A stretch of DNA of 64,000 bases, taken from Lama guanicoe (Eukaryota). Positions within the stretch are counted from its first letter, which is position 1. The number at the start of each line of letters is the position of its first letter. Where the stretch lies: assembly GCA_013239625.1 (NCBI GenBank), contig MU053557.1:6025842-6089841 (forward strand), written 5' to 3'. Of this stretch, positions 1-14,562 are shown piece after piece. A program made the translations under genes and the position numbers. The notes under the pieces are model-generated. The model was given only the letters and a program-made list of their open reading frames with translations, ran no database searches and was not told the origin of the DNA.

Positions 1-60
1 ATTTGACACAACACTGTAAAATGATTATGAATCAATAAAAAATGTAAAAAAAAAAAAGAA
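1..60 (+). mobile_element. L1 3' end with poly(A)
   Basis: gacacaacactgtaaa...caataaaaaatgt-A-run, the same terminus as other L1 ends in the window. Confidence 0.7.
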
Positions 61-69
61 AAAGATCTT

Positions 70-640
70 CTCCCCCAAATCATAAATGTTTGCTTTCTGA
101 GAATTTAAACTGCAATATGTATCACTTGGTGAAACTCTCTATACATACCTGAAAATTTGGAAACAGATTTTCTTAACCTGTTTAAAAAATCTTCCATGTG
201 AAGAGTTCCAATGGTTTTGAACCTGCTTATGAAAAATATGAAAAGTAACTTGATTCATTTTGCAGGATTTTATTGATTGAAATCATGGAAGATCAAAATT
301 TACCCTTCAATTTTTAACAAAAATGTTCGCCTAATTAGTAGATTGAATGGACTTACTTTAATTAACAAAGTTAATGATGTACTTTTTTGCAGTGAAATCT
401 AAATATTTTTATGTGGTATATTTTTCAGCTAAAAAAACTATTAAATCCAAGTGTTTGAATAAAATGAACTTAAGACCTGTCAAATTGCTGTATTACAAAG
501 TATTAAAACAATATTTTCAAGAATAATAAAATATTTACATTGTTCTTTCTAAGAATATTCATCTCACTAAAGTAATTATTATTAGTGAGAGCAAAATGTT
601 TTACATGCTCAATAAATAAAATAGCTGTTCACAAAAAAAA
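70..640 (+). mobile_element. hAT-Charlie DNA transposon fossil (transposase C-terminus)
   Basis: Degenerate translation SKYFYVVYFSAKKTIKSKCLNKMNL resembles the Charlie C-terminal motif STYLCExxFSAxxxIKTKYRNKLNL. Confidence 0.55.
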
Positions 641-1889
641 AAAGAAGGAATATTTGGGACAAAGCAAATTATTCAATTAGTATGAATCATCTCTATCTGT
701 ATATAGTATACATATTTACAGTGAGATTATAAACATTTTAGAGAAATGCATTTAAATTTTTTATTCTATATAAATACTTTAAAAATAATATGAGGTCAAC
801 ACATATCCAAAAAAATTAACCCAAATGTAGAAGAACAAGTTGTCAATTAGGTCATTTATATTGTTATTTAAATTTTTCTTGCCAGTCTTTATCCTCAAGC
901 CTTAATAGTAAAATTACATTGTTACCATAATTTTTGAGAGCTTTGATATTTGTTTTTCAAGGCATCCAGCCCAGTATCTTAATCATGGCAATGACAGCGT
1001 ATGAACTTATCCGGACATTTCTCTACAGACTCTGTCACTTGAATCAGATGCCAAACAAATCCTCTCATGACCCCACTCCCTGGGATACGGCTGCCAACAG
1101 AACAACTGCCACCATACTCAGGCCAGCAGCAACAGGTCTGATCCATGGAGCTTTCTGGCCAGTTAAGGAGGGAGGAACCATGAACACATAGAAGTCATCA
1201 TACATATAAGTTAACTTGTCATTATTAGTGGGTGATTTAGTCTTTACACAGTTGCTGCTATCTTGTCATAGAACCCACCTCATTTCTCCCAATCTCAACT
1301 GATGCTCACTGACCCTTACATTGTCTTCTCTAAGCATCCAGGCCAAACTTTCCTCCAACAACCACCCTTTCAGCTATAGGCAATCCTAGGTCATGTTCTC
1401 TGCCCCTACAGAACATATGTGAACTAACACTTAATACACCGAAGAGCTGCAGCTACCTAAATCTCCATTTTCCCATGCACAGAATAAAGAAATTTTTTTA
1501 TTCAACTCATTCAGCAGATGTTTCTGTGACAGACATTGTTCTAAGCTTTCGGGACATTTCCAGGAAGAGTAATGAGGAGAGAGTGGCTGGAGCACTGGAG
1601 CAAACCCAGGGTAGTGATATTCCTGTTACTTTTCCTTCAAATAAAACAAATCACTGTTAGTGTTTCTTCAGATACAGCTGTGATACAACTGCAGTGCACT
1701 CTGGGCGTAATGTTAAATTTTAGGATTTTCTTAAAGGTATGTAATCTTATAAAAATGCATCAACATGTAAACTAAGTGGAAAATTTTAAAGCAAACTATA
1801 TTTGAACTACAAATAAAAATTTTAATTACAAAATAAAACCACTGAGTAAACACGATTGTGTGTAATATATTGCATCATCTTAGGTTCCA

Positions 1890-2920
1890 TTGCAAAATGG
1901 AAATATGGGGACCCTTGTTCAAAAATCAAAAAAGGACTACTAAAGATACTAAAATAAAAAAATTTTACCTTTAAAATATTTTATTACTTATAAAATAGAG
2001 GTAATAGTGATATTTAAGAACATACATTTTTAAACTGCAAAAATACTATTTTGTTGTCATAATTTGTATAAAATAACAAGTAATATACTAGATTATTGTG
2101 ATATATTGATTGATTATAGATTATCTTTGGCTTGCCTTTCTGTAAACTCATTATGTCATCCCAATTTATATTTTTAGCAACTTTATTTTCATACTGATGT
2201 AACTGAAAGCAGTATGAGTTACTCTTGGCAAATGCAAGATTGTAACTAATTTTTGATAATTTTTAATTTTGAGAAGAATCCTTCTGCCGATGCAACTATT
2301 GCTGGAGCTGTGAGGAGTACTTTATAGGCTGTAACAATTCTGGAACATATTTCTGATAAGCTATTTTGAAGTATAAATGATACTACATGTAAAATTTATG
2401 AGTCTGACATAATATTTTTTTCTGGAAAGATTTAACTTTCCATACAAGTGAATTTCCTCTTTGAATTTAATTTTAAAGATTATGCAATGGCAATTTAATG
2501 TTTCCCATAACATTTTCTGTAACTTGCAGAGGTCATGCAAGAAACCAAAACTACCTTCATGATATAGTGCAAAATGCCTGTTTATGCATTGTTGCACTGT
2601 ACACTCAATTACAAGGAAAAATTAATTTTCAAATTATGTTGTTAGTAATTGGTTTATGTAAAGCTTCATATCAAAATAGTGGGGGGTTTTTTTCTGTTAA
2701 ACTGGGTTATCTTTAAATTTAATTTCTATTTTTAAGCCTATGGGTATTTGCTCTGCAATGACCCAGCAATTTTCAAAACCAGAGATTCTGTACTCTGATG
2801 AGTTCTAACAACTTCCTGATATGCTTTATTTCAATGTCCCTGTGTATGATATTATTTTGTAATAATGTATTGACAAAGCTTACTGCCTTGCCATCCGCAG
2901 TACCTGCCCCGGTGCTCAGC
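1890..2920 (-). mobile_element. hAT-Tip100 (Zaphod-like) DNA transposon fossil
   Basis: Minus strand ~2360-2220 reads IVTAYKVLLTAPAIVASAEGFFSKLKIIKN*LQSCICQE, the hAT dimerisation motif. Confidence 0.75.
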
Positions 2921-3169
2921 ATGAAGAGTTAATAGTTACAGACACTACAGGGACAAGGTCTGGGAGCAAGCCAGTCTACCACCAGGTTCCTGTGCTGTCC
3001 CATGGGGAAGCTGTGCCCACTGCTGCCCCTACTGTTGCTTCTGCTGCTGCTTTGGGGCCTCCCATCTTAGTGCCCCTGTGCACATACGGACACAATTGAC
3101 AAGCCAGTTAGTCAGGGCCTGTGCTACCCACCTTGTTCACTGGCTTCAGTCAGCAACGACCATTCACTG

Positions 3170-4850
3170 CTGCTCATAAGTCTGTGGGCTCGTTGGATTC
3201 ACCTGAATAGTTTTTCTCTACATGATGTGAGCTGTGGCTGCAGTCATCTCAAGTCTCAACTGGTTTGGAACATCCAGGATGGTGGCAGTTGGTGTTTGCT
3301 GAGGCTGGAATCTCATGTGAGGCTATCATTCGGAGCACTTTGGTTCTCCTCCATGTGATCTCTCCAGGTGGCTCGCACAGGCTTCCTTAAAAGTATTGCA
3401 GTTTCAGGATAATCATACGTCTTCTCCATGGTGCCTGGATCCTAGAAGTTCAAAACTGGAAGCTGTCAGGCCTTTTTAAGGCTTAGGACAGGACTTAACA
3501 CAAACTTACTTCTGCAGCATTACACCGTTTAACTAAATCACAAGGCCAGCTTAAATTCAACAGGAGAGGACTAAGTTAGGGACACATCAGAATGAGTTGT
3601 CCCTTAGTGGCCATCAATGTAAGAGACTACCATAGCCTCTCGCTCTTCCTCTTTCCAAATGGAAACGTTCATTGTGGTTATCCTCTCTCTCTCCTTTCAC
3701 TGAATGTTGGATTTGGGGGGGGGGCAGAAAATGTGATTTTTTTTAGTTCACAGGTCTCTGAAACTTAAACAGAAAGTATGATGAGTTCCTGGCCATAGGC
3801 CAAAATGATAGAAATTTTGGTTGCCTCCTTTTGGGAGGTGGGTGAGGATTTTTGCATGCTAACTTAGAGGAGGTAAATATCTGTGGTCATAAAAGCGGAC
3901 CGGGCAAGTTGAATTATTGTTCAAAAACATTTTCTATTCTTTCCTATCAGAACCTTCGAACATGGCTGTATTAGTTACCAGTTGCTGTACAACAAATTTC
4001 CACAAACTAGTTTCTTTGAAAAAAATTAATGTTTATTATTTTGTAGATTGGGTGGATCAGGAATCCAGGAACAACTTAAACTGGGTCCTTTGCTTCAGTG
4101 TTTCTCACAGGTTGTAATGAAGTTGTCAGCCAGGGCTGGGGTCTCAATTTGAATTTTCAAGTGGACAAGGATATGCTTCCAAACTCACTCAGGCACTCAG
4201 GTTGTTGGCAGAATTCATTTTCTTATGGGCTTTTCTCTTGTTGGCTGCCAGCTAGAGCCACCCTCAGTTCCCTGTCATGGGGCACTCTCTCCACAGCACA
4301 GCTCTCAACACGAGTGGAGTGCTTCAGCAAAACCAGCAAGGGAGAACAGCTACTAGTAAGAGATTTTCATCTTTGTTACATAATAGCAGAAGTAACACCC
4401 CATCATCTTTGCTATAGTCTATGTCAGAGACAAGTCACAGGCCCATCCACATTCAAGAGAACTGCACAAGGGGTGACTATCAAGATGTGGATGTAAGAGG
4501 GGACTATCTTTGAGCCTGTCTGCTACATTAGGCCCTTCACTGAGGGACAATTAGACTTTTTGCACCATAAACTTCAGACATGAACATATGACATATTTCG
4601 GCCAATGGATGAACATGAGAGTGATATGTGCTCCTTTTAAGAAGGAGCTTTAAAAATTATCATGTGTTCTGTCACCTTTTTTCCTTCCCCCGAGACTAGC
4701 AATATCCCAGATAACTAATCAGCCTGAATCCTGGAGCTGAGCCACTCTAGGTATGTAAGAGCAGTAAGAAATAAACTCTTTGTTGAAAGTCACTGAGATT
4801 GTGGGGAGGTTTTTAACTGCAGCATAACTTAGCTGAAGCTGACTGACACA
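3170..4850. mobile_element. Cluster of MaLR (MLT1-type) LTR fragments
   Basis: MLT1 hallmarks: tgtattagttaccagttgctg...ggtcaggaatcc-like, caagtcacagggcccatccac, aaataaactctttgttgaaagtcactgagatt...actgcagcataac. Confidence 0.65.
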
Positions 4851-5859
4851 TCTGATCAAAGAGACACATTCTGGGGTGAAGCATCCTGAGGCTAGCAACA
4901 CTGCAGAGCTACTACTCCCTGGACCAGGAGGGATGTGGGAAACAGGAAGGGACCTAAGGAATGAAAACACTGGCCTCACTCCCCACTCTCTGACCTTGGA
5001 CTGCTGCTGCCTCTTGGCAGAAAGAAGAGGGCTGAAAGTCAGAATGTAGAAAATGCTAACCTTTCTGGAACAGATAAAGGAAGGAAGAATAAGTTATGAG
5101 GGACCTGAGAGGAAATGGCCAGAGAGGAAAAAGGAAAAGAAAACAGTGGTAAGATGGAAGAGAGAGATAATGGGCAAGCAGTCACACTGAAAGATTCTTC
5201 TCAGAGTTGCACTAATTTAAGCTTAGTGTCTTTCAGATTTGAAAAATAGAATCTCACATGTGACACAGAAAGAGAGACGTGAAATTGGCACAGGACAGAG
5301 CATGGGAGGAGGATGTATTGAAATGACTAGTCAATAGAAAGTAAAGATGTATAAAGGAGTTCGAGACCACCTTTTAAAGACATTTGGTTCTAAGGAGGAG
5401 ATGAGTAATAAGAAAGTAGCTAAGGGAGAGGTGGGCTCAAAGAGGGGCTCGTTTTAACAAATAATAGTTTTGAAATTTTTTAAATTAGTTCAATGAAAAT
5501 GTTCTACTGGGGACTGATGATATAGGAGAGAAGTGGATCTGTATATAAAATTAGGTCTATAATAACATGGGAAGAGATGTAAGGATCACCTTTGGATAAT
5601 TTTGGAGAGCAAAATATGATTGGTTTGCAATTTTGCATGTGAGAAGTCATGAAGTTGATGAATTTCATACCTGAAAACCTCTATTTTCTTCATGAAGAAA
5701 CAAATGAGGCCATCTGCTGGATGAGGTAGAAATGATATCTTAGAACTTACATTGCAGAGAAAGTATGATGGGAGTAGGTTATTGTGACAGGTGGAAAGGT
5801 AGGAAGATGTGCTCAAGAAATGTGATGCCAGAATTTAACATGACTGCTTTAGAGGCATC

Positions 5860-6915
5860 TCACAAATTTAGATACCTTGTGTTTTCATTTCATTCAGTTC
5901 ACAATAATTCATTTCCTTTTTTATTTTCTCTTTGACCAGTGTATTATTTAAAAGGATGCTACTTAGTTTCCAAGTATTTGAGGATTGTACAGATGCTTTT
6001 CTATTATTGTTTCTAACTTAATTCTGCTGTTGTCAGAGAATATACTTTACCTTTTAAATTTGTTGAGACTTGTTTTATGACCTCAGATTGTGACCTGCCT
6101 TGGTAAATGTTCTGCATCCAGAAGCGCACTCTGCAGTTTTGGGGTGGGATGTTCAATTAAGTCAAGTTGGTTGCCAATGATGTTCAAGTCTATCTACTGT
6201 ATCTTTGCTACTTGTTTATTTCCTTGTTCTAATAATTATTGAGAGGGGACTGAAAGGTCCAACTACAACTATGAAATTTGTCTATTTTTCCTTGCTGTTC
6301 CATGAGTTTTTGCTTTGTGTATTTTAAAGCTCATCTATTAGGTACATAAACTTTTAGGGTTATATCCTCTTGATAAATTGACCCCTTCATCATTATGAAA
6401 TGGTCTTCTTTATCCCTGAGTATCTTTTTTCTGAAATATATTTTGTCTGACATTAATACAGCTCCTTCACCTCTCTTTTGACTTGTGTTAGCCTAGTATA
6501 TCTTTCTATCCTTTTAGTTTTAACCTATTTGTGTCTTTACATAAAAATGAGGTGTATTTTTTGTAGGCAGCATATAGTTGAGCTATGCTTTTTTAGTCAA
6601 TATGACAATCTCTTCTTTCAATTGGTGTGTTTGGACTTATATGTAACATAATAATTTAAATTGTTAGATTAAATCTATCGTCTCTATTTTGTTTTCTATC
6701 TGTCCTATCTGTTCTTTTCTTTTTTCTGGCTTCTGTTGGATTAGCTGAATGTTTGTTGTGATTCCTTTTGATCCCCTTTTGGATTATTAGCTATAACTAA
6801 CTCTGTTTTGTTATTTTAGTGGTTTATTTACCATTTGCACTATGCACCTTTAGCCTATCCCAATCTACCTGCAAGTAATATACCACTTGATTTATAGTGT
6901 AAGAGCCTTACAGTA
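5860..6915 (-). mobile_element. Old L1 (L1M) fragment, antisense
   Basis: T-rich L1 ORF2 antisense signatures (ttaaatttgttgagacttgttttatg, gacccctt catcattatgaaat, gtaggcagcatatagttg). Confidence 0.8.
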
Positions 6916-7594
6916 TGTTCATGGTCATGTTCTGCCACTATATAAACACATGGCCCCTCCAAGGGTTGGCTTGGCTTACCTTGGTCAGGTGTAATTATGG
7001 ATGGTATGACACTCTTCAGACAGCCGTATGGGAGCTCTCCAAGGGTCTCCTTAGGTAAGGAATACCAAAGCAGTATGAGGCACTAGATTAGACTTCCTCT
7101 TGATCATCTCAACAAAATATGGAGCCAATGTCTGTTTGCAAAAAAAAGAGTATCATCAATCAGGACATACCTCCAGAAGGACTATATTTCTAGATGGTTT
7201 AGTCTTAGAGCCAGAGCATACAGGGTTCATTGAAAGTGTGGCATCAATGGCCTCCCTAATATTCTTTAGATATTGATTCTCTTAGCACATTTAAAAATCC
7301 AGCTTGATTTCCATGTAGATGTGTTCTCAACAAGTTATCTCATTTCCAGGTCCCAGAAGAGGTACTTTTTGAACACCAAAACTTAAGGATTAAGATTAAA
7401 TCTTTAAATTGATTAAAATAGCGATTTTTAAAGGTTTTTTTTAATGGAGACTTTTTTCAATAATAAGTCTTGGCTAAACAGGAGAAACTCTGTGTGGGTA
7501 TCACAAATCATGAACTAGTTCAAAAAACAGTCTGCAAGAGAGGCAGCACAACACAGTGCTTAAGAGTATGAATGGTGGAATCAGAATACCTGGG

Positions 7595-8051
7595 CAATCA
7601 AAAAATGGGCAGAAGACTTACATAGACATTTCTCCAAAGACGACATGCAGATGGCACACAGGCACATGAAAAGATGCTCAACATCACTAATCACTAGAGA
7701 AATGCAAATCAAAACTACAACGAGGTATCACCTCACACCAGTCAGAATGTCCATCATTAAAAAGTCTACAAATAATAAACGCTGGAGAGGGGTGGAGAAA
7801 TGGGAACCCTCCTACACTTTGGTGGGAATGTAATTTGGTGCAGCCACTATGGAAAACAGTATGGAGATTCCTTAAAAAACTAAAAATGGAGTTATCATAT
7901 GATCCAGCAATCCTACTCCTGGGCATATCCAGAGAAAACTCTAACTCAAAAAGATATATTTACCTGAATGTTCACAGCAGCACTATTTACAAAAGCCAAG
8001 ACATAGAAGCAATCTAAGTGTCCATCAACAGATGGACAAAGAAGATGTGAG

Positions 8052-8094
<43 letters not shown>

Positions 8095-8106
8095 TATATA
8101 CACACA

Positions 8107-8140
<34 letters not shown>

Positions 8141-8620
8141 TAAAAAAGATGTCTTCAGCCATAAAAAGAATAAAACAATGCCATTTACAGCAACATGGAT
8201 GGACCCAGAGATTATAATACTAACTGAAGTAAGTCAGAGAAAGATAAATAGCATATGATATCACTTATATGCGGAATCTGAGGGAATTACACAAATGAAC
8301 TTATTTACAAAATAGAAACAGATTCACAGATACAGAAAACAAACTTATTGTTACAAAAGAGGAAAGAGGATGGAGGGAGTTTTGGATGAACAGACACTAC
8401 ATAAAATAAACAAGGTCCTACTGTATAGCACAGAGAACTATATTTAACATTTTATAATAACCTATAATGGAAAATAATCTGAAAAGAATATATAAATATA
8501 AATATATGAGTGTGAATATATTTATGTATATAAAACTGGATCACTTTTATATAATTGAATCACTCCGCTGTATACGAGAAACACATTGTAAATCAACCAC
8601 ACTTCAATTAAAAAAAAAAG
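7595..8620 (+). mobile_element. Younger L1 3' end with poly(A)
   Basis: ORF2 C-terminus ([29 protein letters not shown]), 3' UTR and tail cacttcaatt-A-run. Confidence 0.95.
8056..8141. repeat. Compound (TA)n(CA)n microsatellite inside L1
   Basis: Directly visible. Confidence 0.95.
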
Positions 8621-10249
8621 AACTGTTAAAGATAGCTACATAATAATTCATAATAACTCATCCAATCAATTTACTATTAAATAACCAGTATGTTAACTAT
8701 CTGGAAAAAAAATCTGATCTTAAACTATGATTTCTGAAGAATGGAAACTAAGTTACTTTTTGTTTTGTTTTGCTTTGTTTTTGATATCTTGATTTCCTTT
8801 TAAGTATAAAAGAAAGGAGTCAGTTTTTTGTTTTGTTTTGTCTTGGTAATAGAAAACGTGAACCATCTTCAGAGCAGCTTCCTGGCTTTAAAATATTGGT
8901 ATCAGCCATTGCATAAAGATGCTTTCTTGTTCCGTCTGGTGAAAAGATTCCAAGAGGAGGGTGTGGTGACAGTGGCATGCACGGCATGGCACTGATATGG
9001 AGAAGAGACAGGCTTGGAGGGCTGTGCTTCCTATTACCAACAAGGTTATGAAGCTCCTGGTGGTGTGAAAGAGGTACAGTCCTTTAGGAGACTGGAGATA
9101 ATCCCTTTAGGAGACAGGAGAATTACTTGAGATGCTTCACAGCTCCAGATTTGCAAAACTAGCTGTTGGACAGTAACTAAATGATTTCCTAGAGAGTTCT
9201 GTGAACTTTCAGTCTCCTCACCAAGTCAGAAATACAGTTATTTCCCTATGGGAGGAACGTATCAAAACCTCTGTAATCCATTTAGAGCACATGCCATTAG
9301 AATGTGGAATCTTCAGTATTAGGATGCACCACAGGAAGTCTTCATTAAGACTGAACGGGTTCCTCTGGGGCTACTGCAGGTAAGGACTCAAACATCCAGA
9401 CTATTACTGGCATGAGAGGAAGGTGAAATTCCTAGATATAACTGCATGGAAAGAAATAATGTTAACCTGGCTATGCCTGGTATGTAAGCATTATGAGCTG
9501 GCAATGAGAAAACAAAAAAGACACCCAGAATTAAGAATCAGTGTGGACAACTATCTCAAGGATTCATCCGTAAAGATGATTTTAAAAGAAAGAATTTTGC
9601 GGGTAGAAATGAGAGGCTGAGCTTTCACAGATCATCTAATATATGACTATACTTCCTTGAATACTTACCAGGTTTCCATTTTCCCCTTATTGATGTAATT
9701 ACTTCTACCTTGGTTGAATTTTTATAGCCATTGAAATGGAAAAGTATTAAAGCTAAGGTATCAACGTAAGAACAAATTTTGTTCATCTGCTTTGTTTTTA
9801 TTCATTTATTGTTATAGTAATACTGGTGTTGAAAATTTTAAATTTGTTTAGGCATACTGTAAGATAAAATAATTAATTAATTCTGTTAATATAGTTAGGA
9901 ACGATTATTTTCAGTGTAAGATGAAAGAAACACTAGTATAGTATCAAGGATTTTATGAAAAATATGAACAGATCAGCACAAACTCATAATTTAAAACAGT
10001 ATGTTCTGATCCCTTGCCAAGTCCACCGAAGGTCATCTAGACTCAGTGACATCCAATTGGTCATGAGCACCTGAATGAAGCAGGCAGATTTGGGTTTTCC
10101 AATCCCATTCTCCACTATGAGAAATCAGTGCTCTTTGGAGCAACAGCTGACTCCAGGTCTGGTAGAGGAAATATGCCAGACGAATCTAGAGGGTTGTAAC
10201 TAGGGCATTTTCCTGACAGTGTATTTTGGAGTTATCATGATGATGAACT

Positions 10250-12790
10250 CTATTCATTTTTAATTTTATGTTTTGTGGGTTTTTTGTCGTTTGAAAAATC
10301 TTTGCATAATGAAAGTCAGTTATTTTGTTTTCTTCTTTATAATTTCTATGCTTACATTTATGCTCATGACCTATTTCATGCTGATTTTTATTTATGGTAT
10401 GAGTATGAGCTAAGAATCAAGGGGTTTTGTCTGTTTTTGCACATGGATTTCCAAATGTTCCAGCATTGTCTGTTGAAAGACTACCTTTTGTTTGTTGTTA
10501 CCGTCACAACTTTGTTAAAGATTTGTTACCCACACGTGTGGTTTGATTTCTAGACTACACTGTTCCACTGACAGTCTATTCTTACGCCAATGCCATATCC
10601 TTGATTACTCTAGCTTTATAACAAGCCTTGAAATCAGGTGATGTGAGTCTTCTTGTTCTTTCTTTTCAAAGGTGTTCTGTTTATTTTAGGTCTCTTGCAT
10701 TCCCCTATAAATATTTGAATCAGCTTGTCAAATCTACACAAATGTCTCCTGAGATATTTTTTGTGGGTGATTGTATTGAATATATAGATGAATTTGAGGA
10801 AAACTGGTATCTTAATCAATACGGAAACTTTCTATCTGAAAACACAGTACACCTCCTCATTTATTTAGATGTTTTGTGAAACCCACTTATTAGGTCTAGT
10901 AATTTTCATTTGTGGTTTTTGAAACCTCCTGTGTAGAAGACTACGCTGTCTGCAAATAAAGACAATTTTATTTCTTCTTTTCCTGACTATGCTCCACCAG
11001 CACTATCACCACTTTTGTTGTTTTTCCTGTTGCACTGGCTAAGATCACCAGTGAAATATTCACTAGGAAGAGCAGAGCAGACATCTTAAACATTTTCCCA
11101 ATCCTGGGGCAAGCATTTAGTCTTTCACCATTAAATATGACACTGTAGATTTTCCATAGATGTTCTTTAACAATTTGAGGAAGCTGCCCTTTACTGCAAG
11201 TTGCTGAGTTTTTGTTCTAAATGGATGTGGAATTTCTGTCAAAAAAAACTTCCTGCATCTATAGAAATGATCATATGGTCATTCTTTTTAGGTTACTGAT
11301 ATGATGAATTACACCAATTATTTTTTTGTATGTTGAACCAAACTTGCATTATTGAATTAAACTCTACTTGGCCATGATGTACTTTCTTTTCAAAATATTT
11401 CCAGATTGGATTTGCAAATATTCTGTTGATGGTCGTGCCTATGTTCAGAAGAAACACTGGTCACTATTTTTTTTTCTTATGTCTCTCTATGGCTTTAGCA
11501 TCAGGATAATGCTAGCCTCATAAAGTATGTCAGGGATCCTTCTTCCTCTTCTCTTTTCTGAAACAGATATTGTAGAATTGTCATTTTTTTCTTATTTGGT
11601 TATATTCAAATCTTTTCAAAACCTTTTAAGTATCTGTAGATTCTGAAGTGAGGCTGTTCCCTTCCACTGCTTATAACGGATATTTATGTCTTCTTATCTG
11701 TATTGCCATGGGATTACCAATGGCACTGTCAACCAAAATTTCAGAAATGACGACTTGATTGAAATAAAAAGATGTCTATTTTGAGTTTCTGGGACTTCAG
11801 CCCAGGAGATGCAGATTCAAGAAGCACTTGAATTGTGTTGTGCTAGGTTACAAAGTGAGGGAGGCTTATAAAGGTAAAAAGCCACAAAGTGACAGTTATT
11901 TCCATGAGTTGTTTCTCAAGAATTGTAACTGAAGCTGGCAAGAAGGTGCTTGTTAAGTGAGAACTGATTGGAATCTGAAATGGCTGCACAGTTACAAGAG
12001 GAGACGTTGACACCATAAGGTTGCTGGCAGGTGTTGTTCTAAATACAGCTGGTGGTGTCCTGGGGTCAGGTACAATTCAAAGAAAGTTCAGGTTCTCAGT
12101 GGTGCAGATCCTCAGTAGCCGCCTGATACCATTTTTGTACACCTGAAGTGTGATTACTCCATTATAGTTTCAATTTGTCATCAGCATTAATCTTTTCAAT
12201 CAACAATGTTTTTGTTTTGTTGTTTCTATTTTATGGCTTTTCCCTCTATTTTTACCTTATTTTTATCACTTCCTTTTTCTTGTTGTTTAATTCACAGTAT
12301 TTTTTATTTAACCTATTGAGACAGATGCTTATTTTCAGGCTTTCTTCCTACATGATCTCTACTTATTGCCATCTATTAGGTGGAAATGATTCTGTGAATG
12401 GTAAGCAGTAAATTTGTTTTCATTTTTTATTTTACCAACATGGATGTTTAACTGAGCCAGCAAGTTACTACTTTTCTCCTATTGCTCTACTGTGCCATTT
12501 TTGTCATAGTTTAGGGGTCTATAGGTAATTTTCTATTTCTCGATTGTGTTTTACCGTTGTCTGGATGGTCTAGTTGACTTCCCATGTGCAATACCACATT
12601 GGCTTAATTACTACTGCTTTACAGGAACTCTCAGTCTGACAAATTCCCCAAACTTGCTCTTCGAAGTGTCTTGGCTATTCTTGCTTTTTAGTATCTCCAC
12701 ATATAACTTTATAATTAAATTGTAAGTTTTTTTTAAGTTACTGGGGTTTTGATAAGGGATGTATTTAATATTGTGGGAAACTGAATTGAT
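10250..12790 (-). mobile_element. Old L1 fragments, antisense, interrupted by an LTR
   Basis: ttccagcattgtctgttgaaaagact, gattactctagctttata, gtctgcaaataaagacaattt, agtctttcaccattaaatatga. Confidence 0.8.
11721..12172 (-). mobile_element. LTR-like insertion in L1
   Basis: ~450-bp block of different composition splitting L1 sequence, with an inverted LTR layout (gggaggcttataaagg, ...actccattatagtttca). Confidence 0.55.
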
Positions 12791-12931
12791 CTAACTTTAC
12801 TGAGGAATGCCAAAGAATATGATTAATCACATGTGCTAGATACAGTGTCACGGGCAACTACAGGAGGAGGTACTGATAGAGAATTATGAACAGAGTATCA
12901 GAGTAAATTTGATAAAGAACTGTGCAAAACA

Positions 12932-12993
12932 TATGTATGACTGTACACCAGAAACTGACACAACATTGTAAATTGCCTGTACTTCAATTAAAA
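12932..12993 (+). mobile_element. Very short (~60 bp) L1 3' end with TSD
   Basis: ctgtacaccagaaactgacacaacattgtaaat...cttcaatt-A-run flanked by AAAGAACTGTGCAAAACA (12914-12931) and AAAGAATTATGCAAAACA (12994-13011). Confidence 0.85.
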
Positions 12994-14359
12994 AAAGAAT
13001 TATGCAAAACAGGATATCAGAGCAAGCTATGTAACTGTGGATGAAAAATGAATAAATAGCTGTCATTTATTGACAGGATGATTTAAAACAACTGTAGCTT
13101 TAATTCCATATAAATGGAGCTAAAAATCCACTAGAAATTTGCAGCCTGTTGCTGGCTACCTGCATGCTACGTGGTGTTTTGTTGTTGTTGCTGTTCAGTA
13201 ATAAAATGCGCTTACTTTATATTTGTGAATGTGCTTGTTCCCTCAGATTTCTATTTTTTTCCTCATCTCCCCAGCAATATACAAATCACCTTGGGGAAAT
13301 CTGGGATCTTTAATACTGAGTCTTCCAGCCAACAAACTTGACAAGTTCCTCAATTTATTTAAGCCTTCTTTAATTCTATTCAGTGATGTCTTATAATTTT
13401 CTATGTAAAGGTCCCACACTTCATGATTAGACTTATTTTAGGTGTTTTATATTTTTGATGTAAATGGTATCTTTAAATTTTCTCTTTGTTGCTGTATGTA
13501 GAATTAGTTCATTTCTTAATATTAAAACTATACAATAAAAGGACAATCTGAACATGGGTGAACCATGTTTAACTATACAGACACCCTCCTCCTTGCCAGG
13601 TATGGTCTCCTGCAGGGTACCTCCAGCAGGAGTCCTCATTTCAAATTGTTCATAGAGGAATAGGTGGGACCACAGGAAGGACAGGAGATATTTTAGACAT
13701 ATTAAGTTCTCAGATCTATGGCAGGCATCAATTCTTACCCCAAGGGTTTTCCTCTGTAAGTATCCTCGGTTCCCAGGGAAAACAGTTGGGGCTGCAGGGC
13801 AGGGTTCAAAAAGGAAATGAAGAGACATTAGACAGGGTCTTTATATGCAATCACCACAGTTTATATAAATCTAAAAAATAATAAAAGTATAATAAAATGT
13901 CACTTTAACATACCAAGAATCAAGGCCACCAGGGTCAAAGACAGTAAAATGAATCAGTCATAGGAATAAGATATAAAAGCAGAGTGTCTGGACTGCAAAG
14001 CAAGTTGTGGCTTTTATACATTAGTCTTAGCATCCTGTTACAGGAGGATAGAGAGGGAAGACAAAAATGACTAATATTAACTGAAAATGTGCTCTACATT
14101 GCACTTCTATTTATCAATAAGAATATTCAGGTGGGTAAAGTAGGCTTGCCTGAAGTCACACAGTCTTTTGAGCAGTTGAGCCAGGATTAAAACCCAGACC
14201 ATCTGGTTCAGTATCAAAGTCTTTTCATCATACCAAATTCCAAGTAAGGCAGAGTAAAGGGGAGACCTGGTCAAGAAGCATCAATTTCAAGGTCCAGGAT
14301 CCTTCCAGAGATAGAGGTCAACTTATATGCTTGAGATGGGAAAATGCATAATTACCACC

Positions 14360-14562
14360 TTTATTGATCTGATCAATACTGAACCTATCTCTCCATCTCT
14401 GTCCAAGAATTTGACATGAAACTTCAGGGGTCATGCTAAGCCCCTCTTTATAATGCAACTTCTAGGAACTGATTTTTTTAACTCAGGATTTCTTCATGTC
14501 CTTTATGGCAAATTACTGTATAAAGCCTAAATTATGCCAAGCAATTTCACAATCTGTTTATT
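14360..14562 (-). terminator. Candidate ZNF300 polyadenylation signals
   Basis: AATAAA on the minus strand (tttatt on plus) at 14557-14562 and 14360-14365, 0.3-0.5 kb after the stop. Which one is used cannot be determined. Confidence 0.35.

Noticed and set aside
934..1191. 85-aa ORF with faint olfactory-receptor-like SILIMAMTAYE
   Set aside because: No MAYDRYVAIC motif, no further transmembrane pattern, and a TTG start; chance similarity is most likely.
9081..9122. Short direct repeats (also 31761-31780, 37527-37553, 50640-50735)
   Set aside because: Small local slippage duplications, not arrays; nothing CRISPR-like or periodic.
8880..9390. Unique-looking sequence ending in a strong donor GCAG|gtaagg
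   Set aside because: No matching ORF or clear acceptor; an exon cannot be supported without transcript data.
1..14000. IRGM, which neighbours ZNF300 in human
   Set aside because: No GTPase motifs or IRG-like ORF found in this interval.
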